Below the pieces are notes generated by a model, which saw nothing but the letters and a program-made list of their open reading frames with translations, was not told the origin of the DNA and made no database searches. DNA of 64,000 nucleotides from Chara braunii (Eukaryota; Plantae; Charophyceae). Of the stretch, positions 12,060 through 25,900 are shown one piece after another (within the stretch, counting starts at the first letter, position 1; every line of letters begins with the position of its first letter). The translations under genes and the position numbers were made by a program. The DNA is taken from contig BFEA01000001.1 of assembly GCA_003427395.1 (NCBI GenBank), positions 9,393,741 through 9,457,740 of the forward strand. The letters are read 5' to 3'.

Positions 12060-12923
12060 GCGTGATGATCTTCTCCTACATCGATGATAGCCTAGCAACG
12101 GATGCCCACTTTACTAGATGTTTGTGAAATTCTTTTTCATCTCTCTCATTTTGCATAAACTAGGTTTCTTCCTAAGCCCAAATAAGTGTCAAGTTTTTCC
12201 TTCCATGACCAACCGTTTTTTGGGTTTCATCCTAGACTCTCATGAAAAGAGGGTCAAAGTCCCACAGGACAAAGCCCAAAAGATCTTCCTCCTTCTGGAG
12301 CTCTGCAAAGAGGAGATAGAGTTGTCGACTAGAAAGATTGGCTCCTAAGCCGGAAAGCTAGTCTCGTTGGCAGAAGCCTTTTTCCCAGCAACTCTTTACT
12401 GCTCTCACTTCCATGCTGCCTTGGAATATTGTTCATGGAATGATAAGGTGACCTTGTCTCAAAAATTCAAACAAGACCTGCGCTGGTGGCTATCCCACCT
12501 TCCAAACCTGCTAGGACGTAGTTGGGGTGTCAGGTTGGCCTCAGCCCAAATCCAAACGGATGCCTCGGCCTCTACTGTAGGAGCAATCTTCCAGCTGAGC
12601 TCAGGGCAATCTTGGAAAGCCAGTTTTCCCCTCCCACCGGCTTGATCAGATCCAGCATGCACAGGGAATTGCTCGTAGTAACAGAAACTCTTCTCTTGTT
12701 ACAAAAGCATGCCCCTCAAAAACTAGAATCAAAATCCTTGGAATGTATCGGCGATAACCAAACCGTCTTTTATCTTTTATCAAAACTGAGATGTTCAGAT
12801 GTTGTACTTAATCAGCTTCTCCGAAGGATAGCTGATATCCTAATCATCAAGGATTGTTAGCTCAGACCTCTCTGGATTCCCCAAGAGTTGAACTCAGAAG
12901 TGGACCTGTTGTCTAAGGCATCC
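12060..12923 (+). pseudogene. DIRS-type RT C-terminal half and RNase H (degenerate)
   Basis: SYIDDSL, LGFFLSPNKC, RFLGFILDS, QTDAS, MHRELL, IGDNQTV, WIPQELNSEVDLLSK. Confidence 0.88.
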
Positions 12924-14880
12924 TGTGACGCTCAAACCTCACGCCCAGCACGACTTCCTGTTCAGAGTGGGAGGGGGCCCGGAAGTGCGGAATAGGGGTG
13001 TGCCAAGGATTTTAGGAAAGTGAGGGTGGAGTCTCAGGGCAGAACTGAGATCTCCGGTGCCAAGTTTCAAGGACAGGCATGCAAGTGGCTCCGCGTGGCA
13101 CCTACTAGTTTCGCCGGCCACGTCGTCTGGGGTGGGTTCATATTTGGTGCACGGTGGGAACACAGTGGGTGTCTCTCTGGGTGAATACCTGCTGTCAGCA
13201 GGTCTCACAAATCTCGAAATCTGACGTGGACGGCCTCAGCTGGAGGCTGTGCTCCGACGCTCAGCTTCAGAGCGGGTTCGTCGTACAAATCCCGGAGATC
13301 GATACACGTTGTACTGCCGACACTCAGAGCACGGCCTGCGGGGTCAGCAAGGGGCTATCGATTCCCAAGGGACGGCCGTTAGATGATGATAGGGAAGAAG
13401 CAGATAGAATGGAGGTAAGTTGGTTTCGATGGTGACAAATCCCAGAGTAATATAGTACTGGAAATTATGGGTGTCGAGGTAATCTGGGATTCGGGAATTC
13501 CGTCCGATGGCCCTGTGAAAATCACAGACACACAGCCGATTGTCCTCAGTTCGGCATGGGTAGGCCGGACGCCTCACATTCGATCGGTGGAAAAGTTGTT
13601 CGTTCTCCCATTATTCCCGGTACTTGGGGTTCCTCGAATTGGCACGGTCCGTGATCCAAAATGGGACACCGATATCCATATTTGACAAGAGGGACTTAAC
13701 CCATGCATTTGGTCATGCAAGGAGAGCAGGTGTCGGGGACAGGCCATGCAGATACGCGTATATGTGATGACTGCCATTCTGGTGATGGCCATTCGACGGG
13801 CAGAAGGAAAAGAAGAATAAATAGCATTCCCATGCATCGGATGTCAATCACGCGCAAGATCACACGGTCGATCACTACCACATATACAAAAACATAGTCA
13901 TACCAAAAATGGGTGGGATTACATACATTTCTTCATACATCGGCAAGGCGTTCATCCCCTACTCCTCATACTCCCCCATTTCCACAATCGACAATTCTCC
14001 ATGCAAATTGTTCGAGTGATCAATCAATTTTGGAGTTGTGATACATCTTGTACTAAAAAAAAGAGAAGAGATGAGGGAGAGAAAGATAATTTATACATTA
14101 AATAAAGAAAATAAAATCCGAGAGTGCCGCAAGCAAGGATGGTTGAGGACCGGAAAGCAAAATTATACAGAAGATGCGAAGAGCTAACCCTCACTTCATC
14201 ACCCCGCTCTCTCTCTCTCCCTCTCTCGAAGCTCCAACGATGCGGGCAGTCCCTCGTTCCTCACCTATCAACAATGTGAAGTTTTCATCCCGCTTAGTCC
14301 GAGTATGCAAGCCAAGTTCGCTCGTGTGCCACAATCCTTCGCGGCGACACCTCAACCCCGCCTACCCAGCACAAGCTCGTCGGATCGCCCAACTCCCTAC
14401 TCAACTTTTTGTCTCCGCTTGTTAGTCGATCCTCTCGATCGCGCTAACTCCCAAGTGTAGATTAGAGAGTGAATTAGTCGCGCTTGCATATTTTATAGAA
14501 TTTAATACCTGCGCGAGATAGTCGTGATTGCGCTGAAGTCGAAGAGGAGAGGAAGTGCCTATAGTTGCATGGCTAGACCGCGGCGTGGGGGTCGTAGCCT
14601 CTCTCCACGCATCGGTTCAGTCATGCACTGTTCAGGCCAATGAGACAAGGAGGAAGAAGGCACGCAAAAAGATGTCAAGAAGGGAAGGATTACAGTTACA
14701 TTTGCGCTGACCAAGAAGGAGTAGGAAGAGATTACAATTGCAATTAGAATTTAGGCGCGGCAGCCCGACGGGGGCAGAGCGCAGGATAGGACGTAGCAAT
14801 GCGCGCGCAAGTAAGAAACCTCATGCAGTTACAGCCAAAAAAAAGGTACGACGTTCCCAAGTTCCTAGCCTAATAAAAAA
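12924..14880. mobile_element. Probable LTR-like non-coding segment truncating the DIRS element
   Basis: Starts TGTGACG exactly where RNase H similarity stops; right end not identified. Confidence 0.4.
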
Positions 14881-14935
14881 AATATCCTAATGGCAAGAAG
14901 AAATTCCGAGATTGCATAAAGACGACCGTTGTCTA

Positions 14936-15097
14936 CGATTCTCAAGGAATGGTAACCCCCATGTAGATTCTAGGGGAATTGGGGACTTGATCCCCTCACC
15001 ATGTGACAGTTGCACACGATTCTCAAGAAATGGTAACCCCCATGTAGATTCCAGGGGAATTGGGGACTCGATCCCCTCACCATGTGACAGTTGCACA
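14936..15097. repeat. Tandem duplication, 2 x 81 bp
   Basis: CGATTCTCAAG...GACAGTTGCACA repeated twice. Confidence 0.92.
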
Positions 15098-15099
15098 CA

Positions 15100-16085
15100 T
15101 TCCGAGTTCGTCAGACCCCTTTCCGTGGAATGGGGTTCAGGCGGGTCCAGAACGCAAGACCCCCACACATGAGAATGGGGTTCGAATGGAACCGGAACGG
15201 AAGACCCCCTTCCCGTGCAGGAGGTCTGACAGACTTACAGGGGTCCGGCACTCCGGATCCGCGGGACCCGCATTCTTGTGTCGGGGTCCGACGTTCCCGG
15301 TCCGTCGGACCCCTTTTCCCCCTCGTGGGGGATCTAGCGGACCTGCAACTCCGGACCCTATCAAGAGCACTAAAAGGGGGTCCGACATTCCGGGTCCGCC
15401 GAACCCGTCCCCCCAACACACACACGAGAACGGGGGTTAGGTGTTTCAGTTCGGCCTCCTTCCCGTGCATGGACCCGGAACGCCGGCCTCCTTCCCGCGC
15501 GGGGGTTCGGCATTCTCGGTCCGCTGGACCCCGCTTTTCGTGTGGGGGTCCAACGTTCCCGGTCCGTCGGACCCCCTTCCCGTGCGGGGGTTCTGACGGA
15601 CTCGGAACGCCGGACCCCCTTCCCGTACGGGGGGTCCAGCGTTTCGGGTCCACTAGACCCCCAACACGGGAGGGGGGGTCCAATGAACCTGGAGCGCCCG
15701 ACCCCCCACACAGGAAAGGGGTTCGGAGGACTGGGAAAGTCGGACCCCCTTCTTGTGTTTCGGGTCCCGGAAACCCCATTTTCGTGTGGGGGGTATGACG
15801 GTCCCGAAATGCGGGACCCATTCCCATAGAAGGAAGGTTGTCTTGCGTTCCAGATCCGTTGGACCCCTTTTCCATGGGGGGGGGGTTGGCGTTCCCGGTC
15901 CGCTAGACCCGCTTTTCTCGCGAAGGTCCACTGGACCCCCGACACTGAAAGGGAGGTCCAACGGACCCACGACACCGGACCCCCGCAAGGGAAGGGGTTC
16001 CCACGGATTGGGAATGTCGGACCACCCATATGGGAATGGGGTTTCGGCGGACCCGAAACGTCAGACCCCTTCCCATCGGGGAAGA
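15100..16085. repeat. GC-rich array of short motifs in both orientations (GGACCCC/GGGGTCC, CGTTCCCGGTCCG); subterminal-repeat-like
   Basis: Dozens of degenerate direct and inverted copies. Confidence 0.75.
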
Positions 16086-16104
16086 GGTGGGGAGGGGGGG
16101 GTCG

Positions 16105-17083
16105 GGGGTGGAGTTCCTGGTCTATCAGGTGGCCATTCCCATGTCAGGGTTCTTGAACTGATGGACGTGGACCCCGTCCCGTGGAAGGGGGTTCGACATT
16201 CCGAGTCCGCCGGATGTCCTGCCCCATGGGAGGGGGCTGCTGCTGGATCCGGGGGTGGTGGGCCTTCATGACCGGCATGTGGTTGTCAAGGGGGCCTGTC
16301 CCCCTACTTGGTGGAACAACATGGCTCCCTCACAGTTGGGGACGGGATAGGGTGACGCGTTTCCAGAACGTCGACCCCTCTGCCTGCTACGTTAAGGGGA
16401 CGCCTCCGTCACGTTTGTGCTATAGTTTGGTTTCTTTGTACGTCGAGACCCTTCTCACGCTTTCGCCGTGTTGCCTTCTTATGTTGTGTGCTCCCACAGG
16501 TTATGTCAGTCTATGTTCGTGACGCAATGGGAAGCAAGATGGACAATTGTTTAAACGGTTTTCTACCATCTATGCAGGTTCTAAGCACACCGGGGGTGGA
16601 CTCCCTGGTCCATTGGGTGGCCATTCCCATGTCGGGGATCTTGAACTGATGGACATGGACCCCGTCCCGTGGGAGGGGGTTTGCCGTTCCGAGTCTGCCG
16701 GACCTCCTGGCCCATGGGAGGGGGCTGCTGTCGGATCCGGGGGGGTGGGGCTTCATGATCAGCATGTGGTTGTCAAGGGGGGCCTGTCCCCTTGCTTTGT
16801 GGAACCACATGACTCCCTCGCAGTTGGGGTCGGGATGGGGTGACGCATTTCCAAAACGTCGAACCCTCTGCCTAATACGTTAAGGGGACGCCTCCATCAC
16901 GTCCGTGTTGTAGTTTGGTTTCTTTGTACACCGGGACCCTTCTCACGCTGCTGTCGTGTTGCCTTCTTATGTTGTGTGCTCCCACAGGTTGTGTCAGTCT
17001 ATGTCCGCGATTTAATGGGAAGCAAAATGGACAGTTGCTTTCACGATTTTCTACCATCTATGCAGGACCTGCAGGTTCTAAGC
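16105..17083 (+). repeat. Diverged tandem duplication, ~490-bp unit, each with a GT..AG intron-like segment
   Basis: GGGGGTGGA...TGGCCATTCCCATGTC at ~16105 and ~16593; each has CCCACAG|GTT...ATCTATGCAG. Confidence 0.88.
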
Positions 17084-17679
17084 CCGCCTGTGGCTGGTGC
17101 TGCCAAAACTCATGCGAGAGCCAGTCTCCACCATTTGCTATCCTGCCATCGAAACACAAGTGCTCTGCACTCTCGGGTGATGGCACACCCGAGCGATGCA
17201 CACGCCATCGACCTATGCCATCTCTTAATTACAACGTCGTCCGACGTCTTCGCCTTGACGGCATCATAAACGACATTGACATCTTGCCTTTTGCAGCCTG
17301 CACGGGTCCAGCACGTGGGTCTCCTTATCCTTATGTTCGAGGAAACCCGCCACCTGCGTCGAACGCAGATAATCGAGATGTCCGCATGGACATGCTATCA
17401 TTGCCATCACGTGACGATAACGCTAGGGTTGGGGGTGAGGTTGCTCATTCATTAGACGTCGACTTGCCGGTCTGAGAAGACAACGAAGTTTCTGCCTGGT
17501 CTATGTTGCACGGTGGAGAAGGAAAGAGAAACTACACATTCACACCCAGAAAAAGAGGTGGTTCGACATCCACCTCCACATTTGAGCGTAGATGCAGTGT
17601 GGACGAATCCGAGGTTGTCCTCGAGAAGTCGTGTTGCTAGACATACTGATGCCTTTCTAAACTTGAAGTACAAGACATG

Positions 17680-19720
17680 ATGAAGTGTAGACGTGACTAC
17701 CGCGTTCTCAAAGGGGAAGATAGGCGAAAGTGGTGGATAACAAAACTCAAAACTTCATTTCGTTAGTGGAGCGTAGGTCGACCGTAAAACCGATAGTGCA
17801 GTTGTACCCTGTGTATCAAAGCTTGGTGTCTCAAACTAGGCGTCGGCCGGAACACCTTCAAACGATACAACGCTGACCTCGACGACGAAACAGTCGATGC
17901 TGTTCATGGCCATGACGGGCGTCCGCGGACAATGATCACCTGCGCCATTACATGGTCGGCGTTCGAGGACATAATCTTGGACGAGTCACATCCCATGCCA
18001 GATGAGACTGAAACTGCTCCAAACTTTGAAATAAGAAATCACATTCGACTTTCATCAGTGTATGGCAAAACGAAGGACGTCTTCCAGAGCACACGTAGAA
18101 GGCCCGTGAAACTTGGTGTCTGCTGCTCATCCTACCAAGTTTTCTGCAAGATGTGGAGGGAGTTCTTCTGGCATGTACGCCTTGCTCGAGTGACCAACCA
18201 TGCCAGATGCAATGAGTGCATTAAAAGTAGCATCCTCATAGAGGGTGCTCTTTTCGAGCTGAGGCGGGCGCTTGTCGCCAAACAAAAAAGACACATTGCG
18301 TTACAGTTCGCACACCAGAAACTTTACTGCGTGTGGTCGGTCGAGTCAAGTGTAACAAAACTAAAAGCCTATGTATCATCATTGATGGTATGGATCAAGC
18401 GAAAACAACTATTCCCCATGCATCGAGGAGACGACTCTCCAAAGAAATGTTGAATAACACGATGATGAAAACGAACCTTACTAGGATAATAGCTCACGAT
18501 AGGGCACCATCGCTTGTTGTTCACACATGGTTTTTGTACTTGTCGCACGGATCAAACTCAGTCGTTACGTCCATTGCCAAAGTGTTGAGAGATGTCCAGG
18601 CGTGCGAAGGCGCACGCCCACCGAAGTTGCGGGTACAGACAAACAATTGTGGGGGGTAAAACAAAAACAAGTATGTATTCGCCTTCATGACTATGCTTGT
18701 CAAATTCTGTATCTTCGAGGTCATCGAAATGGGACTTATGATAGTGGGGCACACGCACACAGACATAGACGCAAAGTTCAGCTTGTTCGCGAAAAAATTG
18801 AGCGGTTGCGATGCCTATACAACGGACGAACTCTCCAATGTCCTTGAAGCATCATGTGAGGATGTTGATTGCACGTTCCTCACCGAACGGGCTGATTGGA
18901 AAACCGCCATACACTCGTTCATGGATCACAACCTCAAGGGGCATGGCACGCCGAAACTGGCCTTGTGTATTGGTTTAAAAGGGATGTAGATAATGCCTCA
19001 ATAGGGTTTCAAACCTTGTCGCGAGTTGCCTAACCCACAGGCAGACGATTTCGTCAACAGAATGGCGGGGGTGCGTGTTCTTCATAAATCGTGGGAAAAT
19101 TTGCAAATCCAATGGGAGACGCAAGACGAACACATAAGGGCGATGAAATATAGACGCTTGAGCTACTGGACCGACCATCTCAAGGCATTTGAATACGTAT
19201 CGGGCGAGGAGAGCGGTACAGTACCCCTTCAAAGTGTCTTCTGGCCTGCACCAATTCCTGATAAACAAGATTTTTCGCCAGTTGCACCGCATTTTTTTGA
19301 CTCACCGACGAGGAAACCTTGCTTTTGTCGGTTATAAGAGAGATGATCCGAAACTGGAGTTCAAGTCACATAAGTTCGTCGACATCAATAACTTCGCCGT
19401 CTTTCACGCACCTGACGAGTATGTTGCAAAGGGCTGCACATTCTGAATCGGACGTGTTATAGAGCGGGATGATAATCGCATCTGCGTCAAGTACTGAACA
19501 CCTTGCAAAAAGGAGCGTGCTTTAGCAAAGTTGTATGCAGACGTATGAGCAAAGGTGTGGAAGGTCAAAACTGAATCTGACGACGGGTGGCAAGACCTCG
19601 ATGCCGTTGTGTGGGCATGACCCATCAATAAACGCTCTGAGACAGGTATGCGGTTCCCTAAGCGAGAGACTCTCAATGCACAATTGTTGCTGACCATCCC
19701 TGATAAGATGCCTGCATCAA
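17680..19720 (+). pseudogene. Sola-like (DUF7869-type) DDE/D transposase pseudogene
   Basis: RCNEC...H; IIIDGMDQAK; QTNNCGG*NKNKYVF; MIVGHTHTDIDAKFS; several stops and frameshifts. Confidence 0.75.
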
Positions 19721-21552
19721 CGCAAGATATGAGATTTGCTTCAGACACATCTGTGTAGACATGATGAGGGAAGGAGTCTGAGTAAGAATCACCTGTTCGA
19801 TACGAACAACATAGAGCACATCGCTAATTGTTCGATTGGATTGCCCTTTTCTCATTTTTCGTTGAGTTTAGAATGTTCGCATCGTCGGAGTGGAAGCACA
19901 ATGAGAAATCGAGGACGTCGGTGGAATGGGAGGACCTCTCATGGAAAACAAAAACGCAAATGAGGGTTGTCGGTGTGGAGGCAATCAACTGGTTGCCATT
20001 GGAACCCTCGCTTGAATTGTGGTACGACGAGGAGCAACTGAAAGTTTACAAGCTTGCCAAGACGGTTGATCCTGATGCAAACTACGAAAGGCAAGGCATT
20101 TGCAAATGAGCCAAAGCGTTATACGGGTTGGGGTATGTTCACATGTGAGGGGAGAATGAACATTACGAATTAGTGACATACGTGGCGTTTTGTTCAAATG
20201 GTGGCCTGACACGGTGTGCGACATGGATTGAACGAACGAAGGTGTTGTCGATGGACGAAAACAATAATATGCAAAGGGCGATGTTGAAGCATGTCAAACA
20301 TCTATGCAACAAAATCAACGATGCAGTGTTTCTATTCATCAACGAAAGGTCAAGGATTGTCATTCACGTGCCGACGACTTTGATCACAGGCCACAACGAA
20401 GACGGAAAAATACAGAAATGGAAAAACACAATAAAAAAAATTCATATTGTCGATCATATTCGACGACGCGAAAGTGGCAAATCGAACAACTTGCAGTCCG
20501 TCTTGTGTCAGTGTCCGCATTGACTAGCGTTCCGCAATCACACTGATCACTCTCTAATGACCAACATATGCATGCGAAGAATGACAATGACTCACACCAT
20601 TTATGCAAGCGGTGTGTTTGGATCCATATTTCATCCCTAATTGTGATGTTTATGTTTCCCCCCCACCCTTACAGTATGGACCCAGAATGGATGCTGAGGT
20701 AGAGACGACAGGAGAAGAGGGGAACTCCGATAAAATGGGCGGACATGACATCTGAGCAACAAAAAAAAAAGTGTAACGCCATCGAGGTGGAATTTTGGCC
20801 TAAGACGAACCACCACTGAACTTGTATCCTCGTAGTGTAAGAAGAAAAAATTACAATCTCATGAAGGTATGCGACCACAACATTACTTACAGGAATGAAG
20901 GGATCTCAACGTACAAGCACGTGTTATATAGTTATGGCCTTGTGTCTGTCAGGGTGACACACAAATGCAACGCAACCGTTGCATTTGTTGTTGTAAGCTG
21001 TCGCCAAGGGATGGTAGTATGTGCAACACAGATATGGAGACACAAGATACCGCGAAGGGACGATGGAGATTTGATGATGTGAGGGTACAAGCAGCACGTC
21101 AAGCTATACTATATTGACGAACGAGATGCAATGTTGAAATTCGTAGCTCGAAGAAGTCATCATAAAAGAGCAAGACCCGTCAGGGGTTCATCGGAAATAC
21201 AAAAAAACAAAACTAACTACCAACTTCAACATCATGGACAGTGTACTCCGTCAAGCAAACGAGCAACGAAACAACCTCATTCACTTACGACGTTGTTGCA
21301 CCTGCTGACATAAGATTGCTAATGAGTCGTTACTTACAAGGTAGTGAAATTTTTTGGGCATGAGGTTTTTTGTGCATTGAAGTTGGAGTAGGCGTTTTTA
21401 TTTTCATCATTGATTGATTTATTTTTTTCTCCTTGTTGACAAGGTGATTTCCTTCAGGTATCTACATGCTCACCATCATTTTTCAACAAACAATTTCGTA
21501 TTTTTTACAGTATAGACCATATATCATATGTCTCTAACTTTTGTAGACGTTC

Positions 21553-21553
<1 letters not shown>

Positions 21554-21620
<67 letters not shown>

Positions 21621-21635
21621 GGGGGGAGGGGGAGG

Positions 21636-21681
<46 letters not shown>

Positions 21682-21755
21682 NNNNNNNNNNNNNNNNNNN
21701 NNNNNNNNNNNNNNNNNNNNNNNNNNNNNNNAGAGAGAGAGAGAGAGAGAGAGAG
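21554..21755. repeat. (ATAG)n and (GA)n microsatellites
   Basis: Directly visible. Confidence 0.95.
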
Positions 21756-21759
21756 TGTG

Positions 21760-22918
21760 TGTTGCATACTATAACGGTGCAGACCAGAACAAGAACCGAC
21801 CTCTCAATACAAAGTACAAGATAGCGCAGCGGAAAACTTAGATACCAATGATCCGAACAATCAATATTGCAATGCAGCCCAGAACATACATCATCATCAT
21901 CATCCCCATGGTGTGAAGGGGTCTGGCGCTCACGCAGGAAGAATGCGCCAGCCCCTAACCATACACTGACGAAGAAGAGGGGGGTTAGACGAAGAAGAGG
22001 GTAAGATGGGAATGTCGTCAACACCAAGTCTTCGGCACAGGCCCAAATAGTCCCTCGTCAAATGTCTAAATCCCAATGTCGTGTCTGGATCCAATGTCGT
22101 CAAGTCTCAAGTCACAACTCTCTCTCTCTGTAGTAGTCCGCTGATACTGAGAAGTCAGATGGTGAGAGGGGAAGAAGAGATGGTGGACTTAGAAGAGGAA
22201 GAAGAAGAACTCTCTCTCTCTCTCAGTCCGGTGCTAACCTGCGAAGTTGGCGCCTTGATGCAGGTGGAGCTGGAGTTATGGCGCCACAGGTAAGTCTCGC
22301 TGCCCTCCGCCAGCCATCTCTCTCCCACACTACCACTACCACCTACTAGCGCTTAGCGCTGAAGACCACCGCTATGGCTGCTAGCGCCCAGCGCTGAAGA
22401 CTACTGCTAGCGCTAAGCTACCTCCTGCAGCGCTCCTCCTAAGAGTTGCGGCCGAATCCTGAAGACTACTCGTGCCTACTTTCCAACTACCTACCCGTGA
22501 AGTGCATGGGACTTCATATGTACTACACGGCCTGCCTCCTGACTGCAGGGCAAGGCAGTCCAGGAGGCTGCTCTTGCCAATGCCGCAGGGAGTCAGGGGC
22601 TGCCGCTGCAGCTCCTGCTTGAGGCTGTCATGGGAACAGGCTAAAGATAGATAGCCTGTTCCCGAAACCTTGTTTTTGTGCTTGAGTCTTAGGGTAGGTC
22701 GATCTTATGAGGGCCCGAAAGTGGCCCTCCGTTTCAGGCTGAAAAGCCTCAGGGCTGAAAAGCCCTGTTATAGGCTGAAAACGAAATAGGGCCTGCAAGC
22801 CCTCGTTTTCGGTTTCAGGCTGAAACGACATGGGGCCTGTAAGCCCTTTTTTCTAGGCTTTTAGGCTGAGAATGCGGGACGGGCCCTGCAGGCCCGTGTG
22901 GCTACGCAGTATGCCACA
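21760..22918 (-). mobile_element. 3' LTR (~1.16 kb) of a Ty3/Gypsy chromovirus
   Basis: Ends TGTTGCATAC...GTATGCCACA; polypurine tract AGGAGGGGGGGG (minus strand) at 22919-22930; homologous to 54670-56199 and 31289-31555. Confidence 0.93.
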
Positions 22919-22943
22919 CCCCCCCCTCCTTGAAGAACCGAGC

Positions 22944-25900
22944 TTACCTCCGAGGGCGAAGCTGTCTGTCTGAGGGAGGGACCACAGTCCGGGTGGGAGG
23001 GGCAGGTCGTAAAGGTCCCTGAGCTAACCTCTGTCGCTCGTAGCGAGCGTAGATCAGCGGTGCAGATGCTTTCAAATTTGTTCCTGAAATCCACCGAATG
23101 TCGTCGGGATCGCATGCTCTGAATGTAACTTTGTACTGGCGAGGCTTGTTGTCGTACTTGCGATCCGTGATGACGCGGTCAACCTCCTGATGACCATCCA
23201 TAGATGGAGGGTCCTGCGATCATCGGCCTGGGAAGTCGTCACTCTTAGCTGGTGTATATGTTGCCAGCTTCGAGGCGTGAAAGACTGGATGGACCGTCAG
23301 ATGCGTCGGATGTTGATACCAAATGAAGGGTCATCGGGCTCATCGCCCGTGGCTGATGTTACGGGGCATGGTCCAAACCACTTGGGAAGCAGTTTGCGTG
23401 AAACATCTTGTTCCAGTGCAAACTCTTCTGCGGAGACCCAAACCAGATCACCGGCGCGGATGGGACATGGCACGCTACGCCTGCTGGCTTGCTGCTGCAC
23501 GCGGACTTGAGCCTTTTGCATGTTCGCGCGGGCTTGAGCCAGCAATTCCATGTACTTCCGGGCGGAAGCGGGAGAGCAAGCGGCGTCGATGTCGGCTGGT
23601 CGTGGGAGGAGAAGGTCGGCGAAGATACGGCCTTTCCGTCCACCGTGGTGCAACTCGAATGGAGTCACGCCGATCGCCGGTTGCGCCGAAGTGTTGTAGG
23701 CGAACTGGATGTCGAGGAGGCGGTCAACCCAATCTTTCGAGTCCGGACGGATGAGCGTATGAAGCATCATTTCAGCGGTTTGATGTGCCCGCTCCGTCTG
23801 CCCGTCCGTCTGTGGATGTCGAGCCAAACTTTGTTTCATCTTCCTGCCGGACTCCTGCATGAGAGCAGTTCAAGATGCCGACATGAAGCGAGTGTCGCGG
23901 TCGCTGACTATGTCTTCTGGTACACCGTGGCCACAAATCCAACCGGTGTGCAAGAGGCGTGCCAACTCGGGAGTCGTGGAGTAGTACTTGCAAGGGAGGA
24001 AACGCGCATACTTACTCAAACGATCCACCACCGTGAGGATGTCGTCGTGCCCGAGGCGATTGCGAGGAAATGGTCCGGTGACATCCATGGCAATGGAGAG
24101 GTCGGGTTCCCGTGGGATAGGCATCGGGCGCAACTCGCCGTAGGGGTTGCGATTGCGGGGCTTGCTTCGTCGGCAAACTTCGCAAGAGTCGCAATACCGA
24201 GTGACATCGGTAATGAGGTCGGGCCATCAGAATCGTTGTCGAAGCCGTGCAATGGTGCGGTTGACTCCGAAATAGCTGGCAAGTTGCGAGTCATGGTACT
24301 CGCCGAGAAGGCGAGTCCGAAGACGACGGTCTCGTGGGACACACAATAAGTCCTTGCCTCTCAAGTGGAGGAGCAAGTACCCGTCGGCAATGCAATAGTG
24401 GCTGGCCGGCGGGTGATCCGAACATAACTCCGCATACAACGTGGCGAAGTCCGGATCCGACTCATATCCCCGGATGAAGTGTCGCTGAAGGTCCTCGTCG
24501 AATGCGAAGGCATGATGTGTCATAGCGCAAAGATCGGGTCTTCGCGAGAGTGCATCTGCTGCGCGATTGGAGAGGCCGGAAAGATGTTTCGGTGTGAAGT
24601 CAAATTGGTCGATGAAGTACATATATCGCCCGATCGTGCTGCTCACCGTATTCTGCGTCTTGTAGTAAGTCAGTGGGTTGTTGTCCGTAACCCATGTGAA
24701 CCTACGACGCCCAAGGAGGAAGTGCCGCCATCGTTTGACAGCTATCACGAACGCGAGCAGCTCCTTCTTCCTTGCATCATCAAGCGAGTTGATGGGAGAC
24801 ACTTTGTGGCTGAAATACTCCACAGGGTGCCAGTCGTCGCCGTCGTGTTGTTCCAAGACTGCCCCAATGCCATAGCCGGAAGCGTCAGTTCTCACTCTCG
24901 TAGGCAGGGTGGGGTCATAGATGCTAAGGACGGGTGCCATGAGCATGGTCGCCTTAAGTGCTTGGAATGACCGACGTGCGTCATCATCGAATACGAATGG
25001 CACCTTTGGCGATTGTAATCTCACCATAGGTGCAACAATCCTTGAGTATCCGGTGATGAATCGCTGATAGTAGCCCGCCAACCCCATGAATAAACGAACG
25101 TCCGTGGTGTTGGTGGGCTNNNNNNNNNNNNNNNNNNNNNNNNNNNNNNNNNNNNNNNNNNNNNNNNNNNNNNNNNNNNNNNNNNNNNNNNNNNNNNNNN
25201 NNNNNNNNNNNNNNNNNNNNNNNNNNNNNNNNNNNNNNNNNNNNNNNNNNNNNNNNNNNNNNNNNNNNNNNNNNNNNNNNNNNNNNNNNNNNNNNNNNNN
25301 NNNNNNNNNNNNNNNNNNNNNNNNNNNNNNNNNNNNNNNNNNNNNNNNNNNNNNGCTTGTCGTAGCCGCTCCAAAATGGTGCGCAGGTGTTCCACATGCT
25401 CGTCCAAACTCCGGCTGTACACCAGGATGTCGTCGAGGTAGATAAGTACAAATTGATCCAGCATGTGTCGGAACTCCGTTGTCATAGCCGCTTGGAAAGT
25501 GGTCGGGGCATTCGTAAGGCCAAATGGCATAACCAGCCATTCGAAATGCCCATATCGCGTCTTAAACGCTGTCTTGTAGCGGTCCTCCTTCCGAATCTCG
25601 ATTTGGTGATATCCTGACTTGAGGTCCAGCTTGGAGAAGAACTTGACGCCGCCTAGTCGTTCGAGAAGGTCGTCAATGCGCGGGAGAGGGACGGCATTTC
25701 TGATCGTCTGCGCGTTGAGCTTGCGATAATCGATGCACTACCGCAAATCCTTGTTCTTCTTCCGGACGAAGAGAGCAGGAGCACCGTATGGCGATGAGCT
25801 AGGCCGTATCCAGCCTTTCTCTAGAAGGTCGTCGAGTTGTGCCCGTAGCACACTTGACTCTTCCTCGCTCATTCGGTAGATGCAACCGCGTGGAGGTACG

